The notes below the pieces were generated by a model. That model had not been told where the DNA came from. It saw nothing but the letters and a program-made list of their open reading frames with translations, and did no database searches. Positions 41,612-50,975 of a stretch of 64,000 nt of DNA are shown here, one piece after another (position 1 is the first letter of the stretch; every line of letters begins with the position of its first letter). The stretch comes from Candidatus Eiseniibacteriota bacterium. Lineage in GTDB: Bacteria > Eisenbacteria > RBG-16-71-46 > CAVPCR01. Position numbers and translations under genes: made by a program. The DNA is taken from assembly GCA_963823555.1 (NCBI GenBank), contig CAWGMA010000001.1, positions 288,001 to 352,000 on the forward strand. Reading direction: 5' to 3'.

Positions 41612-42751
41612 ATGCACCTGCCTGCCCGGCTCCGGACCGTGGTCCGCTTCCTGGTGACGGGTGCCGTCTTGATTGCGCTGGCCGGGCTCCTGGTGTGGAC
41701 CCTTGGGCCAGGGCCACCCCGGGCCGTGAAGCTCCGCGTTCCGGAGGGGGCAACCCTGCGCCAGATCGGGAGCATGCTGGCCGACTCGGGTGCTGTGCGC
41801 TCGCGTGTTGCCTTCGAGCTGGTCGGCCGCACGATGGGCGCACAACACAGACTGCGTGCGGGGCCTTTCACCGTGCCGCCGAGTTCGACGCCGTTCGATG
41901 TGATCAGACTCCTGGTCTCGGGTCCCATGGACCAGAATCTTGTCACCATCCCCGAGGGGCTCACACTGTGGGAGACGGCGAGCATCCTCATGCGTGATGC
42001 GGAGATCGACTCCACCGGGTTCGTCAAGGCGGCGACTGACAGCGTACAGGTCCAGGCCTTCGGCATCTCGCGGCCCACGCTCGAAGGCTACCTCTTCCCC
42101 GATACCTATGACATCCGCCCCGAGGAGTCGCCATCGGTCGTGCTCTCCACCCTGGTTGCCCGTGCTCGATCTGTGCTCGCCGAGGTCACGGCGGGACAGC
42201 CGCCGCCGCCCCCCCTCGGTACGGATGGGGAAGAGATGGTCATCCTGGCTTCGATCGTCGAGGCCGAGGCGCGGTTACCTGGCGAGCGTCCGCGAATTGC
42301 TGCGGTATATCTCAATCGGTTGCGGTACGGGATGCGTCTCGAGGCCGATCCGACCGTGGCCTACGCTCTGCGCGCCCGGCGCAGGCTCTACTACAAGGAT
42401 CTGGAGATCGACTCGCCATGGAACACCTATCGGGTGCCAGGCCTGCCCCCGACGGCGATCTGCAGTCCCGGGCGCGGGGCCCTCGAGGCGGTGATGGCCG
42501 CTTCGGGCATGGCGGAGGTCCGGGATCTCTACTTCGTCGCCCGCGGTGACGGCAGCCACATCTTCTCGCGCACGCTGGAGGAGCATGCTCGAGCCGTGAA
42601 CCGGGTCCGCTCACGCCGTTCCGCGGCCGGCCGGAATGGAGGCGACGAGGGTGGCCAGGGGGCGAGTCAAGGGACCGGGCAGGGGAGTCGCTTCCCCGGC
42701 GGCGGGGACGGCGCGGCCGGATCCCAGACCGTGGGGCCCTCCGGGCGCTAG
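41612..42751 (+). CDS. mltG: Endolytic murein transglycosylase
   Basis: TIPEG, LEGYLFPDTY, ASIVEAEA, NRL...EADPT, SPWNTY...GLPPTAICSPG, LYFVARGDGSH. Confidence 0.95.
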   Translation: MHLPARLRTVVRFLVTGAVLIALAGLLVWTLGPGPPRAVKLRVPEGATLRQIGSMLADSGAVRSRVAFELVGRTMGAQHRLRAGPFTVPPSSTPFDVIRLLVSGPMDQNLVTIPEGLTLWETASILMRDAEIDSTGFVKAATDSVQVQAFGISRPTLEGYLFPDTYDIRPEESPSVVLSTLVARARSVLAEVTAGQPPPPPLGTDGEEMVILASIVEAEARLPGERPRIAAVYLNRLRYGMRLEADPTVAYALRARRRLYYKDLEIDSPWNTYRVPGLPPTAICSPGRGALEAVMAASGMAEVRDLYFVARGDGSHIFSRTLEEHARAVNRVRSRRSAAGRNGGDEGGQGASQGTGQGSRFPGGGDGAAGSQTVGPSGR

Positions 42752-42856
42752 GCGCTTAGGGAGGCTCCTGCCCGTGTCGGATATTGCCGGATGGCGCAGT
42801 CATCGTGCCAACCGGTCGCCAGAGCTGTGGCGCTCTGCTAGTCTCGCGATCACCCC

Positions 42857-43783
42857 ATGGAACCAACCCGTGACATCATGTTGAGTCCTGACTCCAGCTC
42901 GCCCGCGGCGGGCCGCTCTCCCGGCGGCGGTCCGGAAGAAGCCGTCGCGGCGGATCTGGCCCGGCTCGAGGCGGTCCTTGCCTCGCTCGGGCGAGTGATC
43001 GTGGCCTTTTCCGGCGGGGTCGATTCCACGCTCGTTCTTGCGGTGGCTCATCGCGTGCTCGGCGAGCAAGCACTTGCCGTGACCGGCGTTTCGCCGAGTC
43101 TCGCCGCCAGCGAACGGGCCGAAGCCCGATCCCTCGCTCTCCGGATCGGAGCGCGCCACCGCGAGATCGAGACCTACGAACACCTGGATCCTCGCTACAT
43201 GGCCAACGCGGGCGACCGCTGTTATTACTGCAAGTCAGACCTGTTCGACCGCCTCCGCGCGATTCAGCAGGCAGAAGGCTACGAGGCCATCGTCGATGGC
43301 ACCAATGCCGACGACCTGGGGGATACTCGACCGGGGCTCCGGGCTGCGGCCGAGCGCCAGGTCCGGCACCCACTGGTAGAGGCCCAGCTCGACAAGGACC
43401 GTGTCCGCCAGCTGTCCCGCCACCTCGGGCTGCCTTCCTGGGACAAGCCGGAGATGGCCTGCCTGGCGTCGCGCCTGCCCATGGGAACGCCGGTGAGCAC
43501 GGAACGGCTCAGACGGGCGGAGCGGGCCGAGGCCGCGGTGAGGGCTCTCGGCTTCCGGCAAGTCCGGGTGCGAGACCATGGGGATCTCGGTCGGGTGGAG
43601 ATCGCGCCGGAGGAGATGAACAGGATCCGCGGCGGGGATCTCGAGGTCAGGATCCGAGCCGCAGTGGTTGCCTCCGGATTCGCGCGGGCGATGGTTGATC
43701 CAGACGGCTACCGCCGGGGGGGCGCAGTCCGCTCGGCCGGCGGGTCGGAGCGGGAATCGAAGCAGGCAGAGGGGGGAATCTAG
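42857..43783 (+). CDS. larE: LarE-family ATP-dependent sulfur transferase
   Basis: AFSGGVDS PP-loop, RCYYCK, DGTNADD..D.RPG, CLASR, QVRVRDHG. Confidence 0.88.
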   Translation: MEPTRDIMLSPDSSSPAAGRSPGGGPEEAVAADLARLEAVLASLGRVIVAFSGGVDSTLVLAVAHRVLGEQALAVTGVSPSLAASERAEARSLALRIGARHREIETYEHLDPRYMANAGDRCYYCKSDLFDRLRAIQQAEGYEAIVDGTNADDLGDTRPGLRAAAERQVRHPLVEAQLDKDRVRQLSRHLGLPSWDKPEMACLASRLPMGTPVSTERLRRAERAEAAVRALGFRQVRVRDHGDLGRVEIAPEEMNRIRGGDLEVRIRAAVVASGFARAMVDPDGYRRGGAVRSAGGSERESKQAEGGI

Positions 43784-43785
43784 CC

Positions 43786-44130
43786 ATGGCCGATGCCGAT
43801 CGCAGTCGGAAGCGAGGTCGTGACCGGACCGAGACGCGCGCCGATAGGCGGCGTGTTGCCGCGGACGGCCGCAAGAAGCGCGGGAAGGTCGATCAGGATC
43901 ATCTCCCTCTCGAGCGCGCCAACCTCATGCTCTTTGCCCTTGCGCTCGCCGTGATCGTAATCGGCTATTTGACCCTGGCCGCGGGGTCGATCACTTTGGC
44001 CCCTATTCTGCTTGTGCTCGGCTACTGCGTCCTGATCCCGGTGGCCATCGTCTTCCGACCGCGGACCCGGCGGATGGCGGATACCGGGGCCGGGCCCCTG
44101 GAAGCACGACCTGGTTCGGGGGGCGAATAG
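43786..44130 (+). CDS. Small two-TM membrane protein (DUF3098-like)
   Basis: PLERANLMLFALALAVIVIGY...SITLAPILLVLGYCVLIPVAI; stop codon lies inside tRNA-Val. Confidence 0.75.
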   Translation: MADADRSRKRGRDRTETRADRRRVAADGRKKRGKVDQDHLPLERANLMLFALALAVIVIGYLTLAAGSITLAPILLVLGYCVLIPVAIVFRPRTRRMADTGAGPLEARPGSGGE

Positions 44131-44197
44131 CTCAGCTGGTCAGAGCGCTTGCCTTACAAGCAAGAGGTCACAGGTTCGATCCCTGTTTCGCCCACCA
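44121..44197 (+). tRNA. tRNA-Val(TAC)
   Basis: GGGCGAATAGCTCAGCTGGTCAGAGCGCTTGCCTTACAAGCAAGAGGTCACAGGTTCGATCCCTGTTTCGCCCACCA. Confidence 0.96.
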
Positions 44198-44335
44198 GCC
44201 TTGACTCCTCCCCATCCCGGACGGCCTTGCCCCCCCCGGGGGGGGCCGGAGCTCACCGGGCCCCCGCGGAGATGGCCCCGAGGGGGCAGCAAGCCCCTCC
44301 AGCCGCCCCGGGCCTTCCAGCCGCCCGAGGTGGCG

Positions 44336-44364
44336 TTGACAGGAGGAATGGATGTTGCTAAGCT
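44336..44364 (+). promoter_or_regulatory. sigma70-type promoter (distal) upstream of the dockerin-like gene
   Basis: TTGACA-17 nt-TAAGCT with TGn extension, in a GC-rich background. Confidence 0.6.
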
Positions 44365-44520
44365 ATAGTCAGTGGAGAGCTTCCGTGAATTTCCATGCTC
44401 TTCTGCTCGGGGTCCCCGGATCCACGGAACGGACAGCCGGTGTGGGCCGTTTGAACCAGGAGCACCATCACCCGATTCCCGCTACCGTGCGCTGCCCCAG
44501 ATATTTGCGGAATTTGCGCA

Positions 44521-44550
44521 TTGACATATCGGGCCCGTCGGTGATAACCT
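44521..44550 (+). promoter_or_regulatory. sigma70-type promoter (proximal)
   Basis: TTGACA-18 nt-TAACCT with TGn extension; ATTTGCG direct repeat just upstream. Confidence 0.55.
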
Positions 44551-44681
44551 TTTGACTGGCGTCAGAGATTCCGCCGTGTCCGAAAGGGGGTGCTCGACGG
44601 CGCACGGTATGCCCGATTCGGGCCAAGCTCCTGAAAGCTTTTCGCTCTAGGCAACTCAGGATTCTCCTTAGGAGGTGTGTA

Positions 44682-45305
44682 ATGTCGCGTTTCCTCGTCA
44701 GTGCCCTCGGAGCGGCGATTCTCCTGGGCGCCCTCTCGACGCTGGTTCTTGCCGGGCAGCCAGACCCCAATCAGAGCACGTGGGGCAACCTGGTCGGATG
44801 CAGCCCGAAGAACACCACGGCGCCCGTGAATTCCCGATACAGCTTCGTGGGCACCATTCGTGACGGCGCCGGGGCGCCGATCGCGAATTTCCCGGCGAGC
44901 CAACTCGAGCTCGATTTCGGCGATTGCAACGAACCGAGCACGCGGCCGTCGGATCAGATCCCGGCCGACGGTGACAGCAACATCAATGGCCAGGTCACCT
45001 GGAACGTGAACCTCAATTTCGGCGGCAAGGATCCGTGCGCGGTCCGCGTCCTCGTGCAGAACGTGGTCTTCAAGACCCTGGCTGATCATCAGGGATTGCC
45101 GAATGCCCAGATCGACGGTGGCGTGCGCTCAACCGATGAGACGGGCGACGGCCTGGTCGCTCTTGCGGACCTCGGCCAGTTCCAGCAGGAGTTCGTGAAC
45201 ACCGGCACGCGTCGCGACTATGTCGGCGACCTGGGCCCGAACTTCGATGGTCTCACGGCTCTTGCCGACCTCGGTACGTTCCAGCAGCACTTCACCGCTC
45301 CGTAA
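44682..45305 (+). CDS. Secreted protein: Ig-like domain plus C-terminal dockerin-like duplicated Ca-binding motif
   Basis: Signal peptide; DETGDGLVALADLGQFQQEF and GDLGPNFDGLTALADLGTFQQHF; AGGAGG RBS. Confidence 0.75.
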   Translation: MSRFLVSALGAAILLGALSTLVLAGQPDPNQSTWGNLVGCSPKNTTAPVNSRYSFVGTIRDGAGAPIANFPASQLELDFGDCNEPSTRPSDQIPADGDSNINGQVTWNVNLNFGGKDPCAVRVLVQNVVFKTLADHQGLPNAQIDGGVRSTDETGDGLVALADLGQFQQEFVNTGTRRDYVGDLGPNFDGLTALADLGTFQQHFTAP

Positions 45306-45608
45306 GCGGTGGGGGCCAGTCCCGGGGTCTTGATACCCCCGGCTGGCAGGTAAATTGCAACGGTGTTTGACGGTGTAGGTACTGGGGATCCGTCCCCTGG
45401 CGGGTCCCCAGTACCGAAAAGAGGGTGAGGGGTGGCGGAAAGGCTCTCTCTCACCTGAGAATGTCCGAATCGGCCGCGGACGGGAGGGCGAGCGGGGCCA
45501 AAGCGAACGTCAGCAACTGACGGGGGAAATCCTCCAATCAGCTTTGCTTCGGAACCCGACATCTCGACCAGCCAGGAACCTGCAGCTCTTGATCAGGAGG
45601 TAAACAGA

Positions 45609-46232
45609 ATGCGTTACGCGCCCGTAGCGATGGCCTTGTTGGCGCTCTGTCTCACGACGACCGCCTTTGCCGGCCAGAACCCGAACGTGACCCTGCCGAT
45701 GCACGGCAAGACCTCGACCTTCGAGGCTTGCGACGGCTATCTGCCGGTCGATTGCCTCAGCAATCGCCCGACGGTGAATCTTCCCGCTGGTCCCATCACG
45801 GTTTTCCTCTTCGTGATGAACTACGACTGCGTGGCTGGTGTGCAGACCGCATTCCAGCCGGCTGCTACGTGGACCTTCGGGTTCGGCCTCTGGGATTGCC
45901 AGCCGGGCCAGCTGAGCGCCGTGACCCCGGCCGCGCCCTTCGGGCCGACCAGCGGTACGATCACGACGGCCTTCAACTTCCTCAACGGTCCGGCTCTCGG
46001 AGTCGTCGGCCGCATGGTTTTCGTGAACACGGTTAGCGGCTGCGTCGAGCAGGTCCAGTCCAGCTATCCGTTCGAGAACCACGTTCTCGACTGCCAGCAG
46101 GGCATCGACCAGGTGGTCGAGGGTGCTCGCATGGGCAAGATCTGCGTCACCGAGGGTGGCGTGGATGCCTGTGAGCCGCTCGTGGCGGTGGAGCCGGCGA
46201 CCTGGGGCGGCATCAAGGCGCAGTACAACTAG
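45609..46232 (+). CDS. Secreted Cys-rich beta protein with TWG tail (paralog of 56378-57010)
   Basis: Signal peptide; WTFGFGLWDCQPGQLSAVTP; ends AVEPATWGGIKAQYN; AGGAGG RBS. Confidence 0.85.
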   Translation: MRYAPVAMALLALCLTTTAFAGQNPNVTLPMHGKTSTFEACDGYLPVDCLSNRPTVNLPAGPITVFLFVMNYDCVAGVQTAFQPAATWTFGFGLWDCQPGQLSAVTPAAPFGPTSGTITTAFNFLNGPALGVVGRMVFVNTVSGCVEQVQSSYPFENHVLDCQQGIDQVVEGARMGKICVTEGGVDACEPLVAVEPATWGGIKAQYN

Positions 46233-46283
46233 CTCTCCGAGAGCCGCGGGTAGCCTTCCCGGCTCGGCCGGATGATCAACGAT

Positions 46284-46325
46284 CGAGGGCGGCTTCTTTC
46301 GGGAAGCCGCCCTCGTCGTTCTTTG
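46284..46325 (+). terminator. Intrinsic terminator
   Basis: 13-bp perfect stem CGAGGGCGGCTTC/GAAGCCGCCCTCG followed by TCGTTCTTTG. Confidence 0.75.
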
Positions 46326-46425
46326 CCTTGGAGATGGGACACCCGGCGTGGGGTAGTACGCCTTGCCCTCTCGGAGCCCGAGCGCTAGAATCCCCCGTCA
46401 TTCTCCCTCGCCGGCTGCATGGCTC

Positions 46426-47315
46426 ATGGTGATCAATCAACGGACTTCCATTCTCCTCCTGGGTCTGTGACCCTTTCGCTGGTGCTTTGCGCCCCGACCG
46501 CGGCTCCGGGCGGCGGTTCCGAATCGCCCCTGACGTCGGCTACGGCCGCGGGCGACTCGGCTCGTGCCGGCATCGCTCCCGGCGGCACCCGCATCGGGAC
46601 GCATGAGCTCCCGCCGGAGGCGCCCGATCCGCGTGCCTACCGGGACACGACGCTCACCTACGAAGAGCAATCGAAGCTCGATGAGAGACTCCGGCACGAG
46701 CGCAAGCTGGCAGCGATCGATTCGCTGGATCTCAACCACCATGTCACGCTGGCGCTGCATGCCGCTCCGGCGAGCGAGCGCCGCACCCCATCCGAGATTG
46801 CAGCGCTTGCCCGCGACTGTGAGCATCTCGTCACCGCCGTTGCACCCGGGGACTGGGACATCTTCCTGATCGCGAGGGGGTTCGATCTCCTGAACGGGGT
46901 TTCGTTCACTCTGGCCTGGCCCGAGGACTGGATCGTCCGCGGCTTCAGCCTCAACCCCGAACTGAAGGTGCCCTTCGCCATGGGCGATGTCGGCGCCGGA
47001 TCGGCGCGTCCCTACATGGTCGTCTTCAATTGTGTCGCCCACCCGGAGCGGGAGCCGATGGTGCCGAAGGGTGTCCTGTACACGACCGGCGACCGGGTCG
47101 TCATCGGTCATCTCGAGGTCACGGCAATGAGTCCGGGGTCGCTCACGATCGAGGACAGCGCGAATCCGGACTACGGTCCGCCTGAAGTGTCGAACTGCTG
47201 GAACACGACTCAGGACATACCCGTCACCGCCCGCGGCCGCATCGATGTCGGCTCGGGCCCGGGACTACGGCCCTGCGACGCCGTCCGCCCGCCGGCCGCC
47301 GAAGGGAAACCCTAG
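46426..47315 (+). CDS. Secreted protein distantly related to the 45609/56378 family, without TWG tail; probable 1-nt deletion at ~46467 in the signal peptide
   Basis: VTLALHA...DIFLIARGFDLLNGVSFTLAWPEDW...GRIDVG..PCD parallels the paralogs; MVINQRTSILLLGL joins VTLSLVLCAPTAA if one base is added. Confidence 0.7.
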
Positions 47316-47341
47316 TCGAGGCTCTGCCGCCGGAAGTGCCC

Positions 47342-49108
47342 ATGAAGTCAAGAATGTCCTTTCCAGTCATGGCTGCGTGCCTGTTCGCTCTGTGTCTCGG
47401 GGCCGCCACGATCGAGGCGTGGGGATCCGGGCCGGCTTCGGGAGCCGCTCCGAGCGGGGCGCCGACCGATGTCGTCGCCCGCATCGGTGACGTCGCCATC
47501 GATCGAGCGACCTTCGAGGCCGAGTTCGCCCGCAGCCAGCGCGACACGACCAAGCCCAGGAGCGATCTCGAGGCCCGACAGGAGTTCATGGAGTCGCTCG
47601 TGAACCGCTACCTCCTGGTCGCGGCGGCGCGCGAGGCCGGCTACTTCGAGCCGGATTCGACCCGCGACTACATGATCAAGGGCTTCGAGGATTCGCAGCT
47701 CATCACCATGGTCCGCGACCGGGAGGTGCGCTCGAAGATCGAGGTCACCCCCGAGGAGGTCGAGGCCTACCACGCCAAGTCGGCCGAGCTCTTCGACATG
47801 AGCCAGATCATCGTCGCCACTCGCGAGGAAGCGGAGGCGGTGATGAAGCGGTTCGATGCCGGAGAGGACTTCGCAACCGTCGCTCGCGAGGTGTCGCTCG
47901 ACATCAAATCGTCAGACAAGGGGGGGCAGGTCCCGCCATTCGCCTGGGGCATGACGAGCCTGTCTTTCCTCGCTGCACTCGACGAGATGAAGCCCGGTGA
48001 GATCCGCGGCCCGATCGAGAGCGAGGCTGGTTACCACATCATCCAGCTCCACGGAATGCAACGCAATCCGAACTACGAGCCGCTCAACGATGGACAGCGG
48101 CCCTATGTCGAGTATCGTTGCCGCCTGTTCAAGGAGATGGAGCTCACCAACGAGTTCTACGCTCAGCTCAAGGAGCGTTATCATTTCTCGCCCAACTGGC
48201 CTGCTGTCAATGCGCTGGCCCGGATCTTCCGCGATGCTGTGGCCGCCGCGGTGGAGAACAATCCGCACGCGAGCCGGGAGGATCAGGAGGAAATCGCCAA
48301 GCGCAGTGTCGTCCTCGAGGATTCCCTGCTGCGGCAGCCGATCGCAACCTGGGATTCCGGCTACTTCCTTGTCTTCGAGGACTGGCAGTTCGTGAGCCAG
48401 CTCCCCGGCCTGGCCATCGTCGACCGGCGCAACCCGCACTTCATCGTCGGTGATGCAGCCGCCGACTTCTATCGCGCGGCTCAGGCCATGGAGGCCCGGG
48501 CCAAGGGCTACGACAAGGAGCCGGAACTTCGGCGGGGGGTCGAGCGGAAGCGGGAGGAGATCGCAGTCTCCCAGTTCTACACAACCGAGATACTGGGGAA
48601 GCCGCAGTTCACTGCTGCCGAAGAGCGGGAGTACTACGAGCAGCATCCCGATCAGTTCATCATCGAATCGCAGGTCAAGCTGGCCTGCCTGCAGTACCAG
48701 GCCGATCCGGCGGCGGCAGCGGCCATGGAGGACGCTTTACGGGGGTCGGCGAGCCCAGATTCCCTGCTGAAGGAGCACATGGCACGGGGACTCATCCGGA
48801 CGCAGACCCCGGAAGGCAAGTGGTTCAACGACCAGCAGCACCCCATCATCTTCGGCAAGGCCTGGCCGATGAAGACCGGTGAGATCGGTCGCGTGATCGA
48901 TGAAGAGGGATACTGGACTGTGTTCGTCGTGCTCGACCACCAGGAAGGCCGAATGGCTGCCTTCGATGAGGTCAAGAAGACGGTGCAGACATCGCTCCGC
49001 AACATCAAGGCCGATGAGATTCTCAAGAACATGCTCGCAGATCTGCGTGTCAAGTACCCGGTGTGGGTCGATCCGGCATATGTCCGGAACACGGGAGGGT
49101 CGGAATAG
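47342..49108 (+). CDS. Exported parvulin-type peptidyl-prolyl isomerase (SurA/PpiD-like)
   Basis: Signal peptide; VVARIGD..I, GEDFATVAREVSLD..S.DKGG, GPIESEAGYHII. Confidence 0.88.
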   Translation: MKSRMSFPVMAACLFALCLGAATIEAWGSGPASGAAPSGAPTDVVARIGDVAIDRATFEAEFARSQRDTTKPRSDLEARQEFMESLVNRYLLVAAAREAGYFEPDSTRDYMIKGFEDSQLITMVRDREVRSKIEVTPEEVEAYHAKSAELFDMSQIIVATREEAEAVMKRFDAGEDFATVAREVSLDIKSSDKGGQVPPFAWGMTSLSFLAALDEMKPGEIRGPIESEAGYHIIQLHGMQRNPNYEPLNDGQRPYVEYRCRLFKEMELTNEFYAQLKERYHFSPNWPAVNALARIFRDAVAAAVENNPHASREDQEEIAKRSVVLEDSLLRQPIATWDSGYFLVFEDWQFVSQLPGLAIVDRRNPHFIVGDAAADFYRAAQAMEARAKGYDKEPELRRGVERKREEIAVSQFYTTEILGKPQFTAAEEREYYEQHPDQFIIESQVKLACLQYQADPAAAAAMEDALRGSASPDSLLKEHMARGLIRTQTPEGKWFNDQQHPIIFGKAWPMKTGEIGRVIDEEGYWTVFVVLDHQEGRMAAFDEVKKTVQTSLRNIKADEILKNMLADLRVKYPVWVDPAYVRNTGGSE

Positions 49109-49110
49109 AC

Positions 49111-50880
49111 ATGGCATCCGCTACCAAGGCTCATCGCTCGAACAAGCTGATCCGATTCGTCGCCATCGCTGCCGCCCTGGCCACTGTCGCCTCGTGCAAC
49201 AGTCAGCGCAACATCGTGGCCAAGATTGGTGATCGCACGATCACCCGCACCGAATTCGAGGAGCAGTGGGCCAAGACCACGGTCATGCCCGGGACCAACG
49301 CTGATTCCCTCCGTGATGCTCTCTACGAGTCGCTCATCCACAAGGAGCTGCTCGTGCTCGCGGCCGATAAGCACGGGTACTTCGATGCGCGTGTCGACAG
49401 CATCGCGACCCGCTTTGGAGAGGACCTCCTCCGCAGCAAGGTCCGGCTCGACGAGTCGCACATCGACTCGACCGTTACCGAAGAACAGATCGCAGAGGCG
49501 TTTGCCCGGTCGCACAACGAGATGCGCATGCGTCACATCATCCACTGGGCCGAATCGTCGCTCGACTCCGCGCGTCAGCGCATCGATGGCGGAGAACCGT
49601 TCGCCCAGGTGGCGGCGGATGTCAGTCTCGATCAGCGTAGTGCCGCGGACGGCGGGCTCCTGCCCTGGCTCACCGATCGCCAGCTCATTCGCCAGTTCCG
49701 GGAGACTCTGGACCCGGTGACGATCGGGAAGGTGGTGGGACCTTTCGAAAGTCCGTACGGCTGGCACCTGGCCGTCGTGGACTCGATTCGCGAGCGGGAG
49801 GGTGCCGATCTCGATGCCGAGCGTGAAGGGATCCAGGCCGACATCCTTGCCGAGCGGCAGCTCGAACGGCGTACTGCGGCGCAGCAGGAGTATCGTCGCA
49901 AGTACGATTACAAGATCGACACCGACGCTGCCATGGCCACCCTGGCCGAGGCCGGAGCAGCATTCGAGAAATCGGAAGCCGACTCGGTGCTGCGGAACGC
50001 CCCACTCCACGAGCGTTGGATCCCGTCCGCTCCGGATCGCGAGCTCGCCGGATACAAGGGCGGCAAGATCACCGTAGCCGACTACGAGGACGCTCTCGAG
50101 GCCGGCGGCATTCAGTTTCTCGCTCGCCGGCTTTCACCCCAGGGAATCCTCAACGATCTGAACGAGATCTTCTACCAGGAAGCCCGACTGCGCGAAGCGC
50201 GGGCGCGTGGATACGACAAGGACCCCGAATGGAAGGAGCGCGGTGCGCTCAAGCGCGAGGAGCTGGCCGTCGACCGTCTCTACTCCGAGGATGTCATGAA
50301 GGGAGTCGCGTTCAGCGAAGCGGACTTGAAGGCCTACTACGACGAACATCCCGACCAGTTCCAGCAGCCGGAGGTGTTCCGCTACTCCTTCATCCAGGTC
50401 GATGACGCTTCGGTTGCCCAGTGGCTCGTCGGAGAGATGAAGCCGATCTCGAGGCTGGCTTTCAACCAGGAGGTCACGATCGATGAACGAAGGGAGGCGT
50501 CGGCGCTCTTCGACAGCCTCGAGGTCGAGGTCGGAAACACCGGTCATCTGCTGCGAGCGGTGCGGGATTCAGGGCGGCGCGAGGCCTCGACAGCCGGCGC
50601 CGTGGCCGAAGCCGCCCGCACGATGAAGCCTGGTGATATCGGGCATGTCGTCGAGGCCTACGGCGCACACACCGTCTTCATTCTCATCAGCCACGAGCCC
50701 AAGGGCACGCTTCCCTACGAGAAGGCCCGGGAGCGCGTGGAACGGACGATGATCAACGCCGAGTCCGAGTCCAGGCTGAAGACCCTGCTTGAGGACCTCG
50801 AGGCCGAGTTCGGGGTCGAGCGGTACCCGGAGCGGCTCGGGCCGTCCGCGGGTGCGGGAGAGGCCCCGAGCGGCGAGTAG
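49111..50880 (+). CDS. Parvulin-type PPIase, probable lipoprotein
   Basis: Lipobox-like VASC; RHI, GEPFAQVAADVSLD..SAADGGLL, GPFESPYGWHL; paralogous to the upstream gene. Confidence 0.88.
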   Translation: MASATKAHRSNKLIRFVAIAAALATVASCNSQRNIVAKIGDRTITRTEFEEQWAKTTVMPGTNADSLRDALYESLIHKELLVLAADKHGYFDARVDSIATRFGEDLLRSKVRLDESHIDSTVTEEQIAEAFARSHNEMRMRHIIHWAESSLDSARQRIDGGEPFAQVAADVSLDQRSAADGGLLPWLTDRQLIRQFRETLDPVTIGKVVGPFESPYGWHLAVVDSIREREGADLDAEREGIQADILAERQLERRTAAQQEYRRKYDYKIDTDAAMATLAEAGAAFEKSEADSVLRNAPLHERWIPSAPDRELAGYKGGKITVADYEDALEAGGIQFLARRLSPQGILNDLNEIFYQEARLREARARGYDKDPEWKERGALKREELAVDRLYSEDVMKGVAFSEADLKAYYDEHPDQFQQPEVFRYSFIQVDDASVAQWLVGEMKPISRLAFNQEVTIDERREASALFDSLEVEVGNTGHLLRAVRDSGRREASTAGAVAEAARTMKPGDIGHVVEAYGAHTVFILISHEPKGTLPYEKARERVERTMINAESESRLKTLLEDLEAEFGVERYPERLGPSAGAGEAPSGE

Positions 50881-50975
50881 GGCTGCCAGGTGTGCCGGGA
50901 TGGGACAGGAAGTCCGGATCGAGACGGTCGCTGGCTCGGGAGCCGCGGATCCCCGCGGCTCCCACATCTCTTGAC

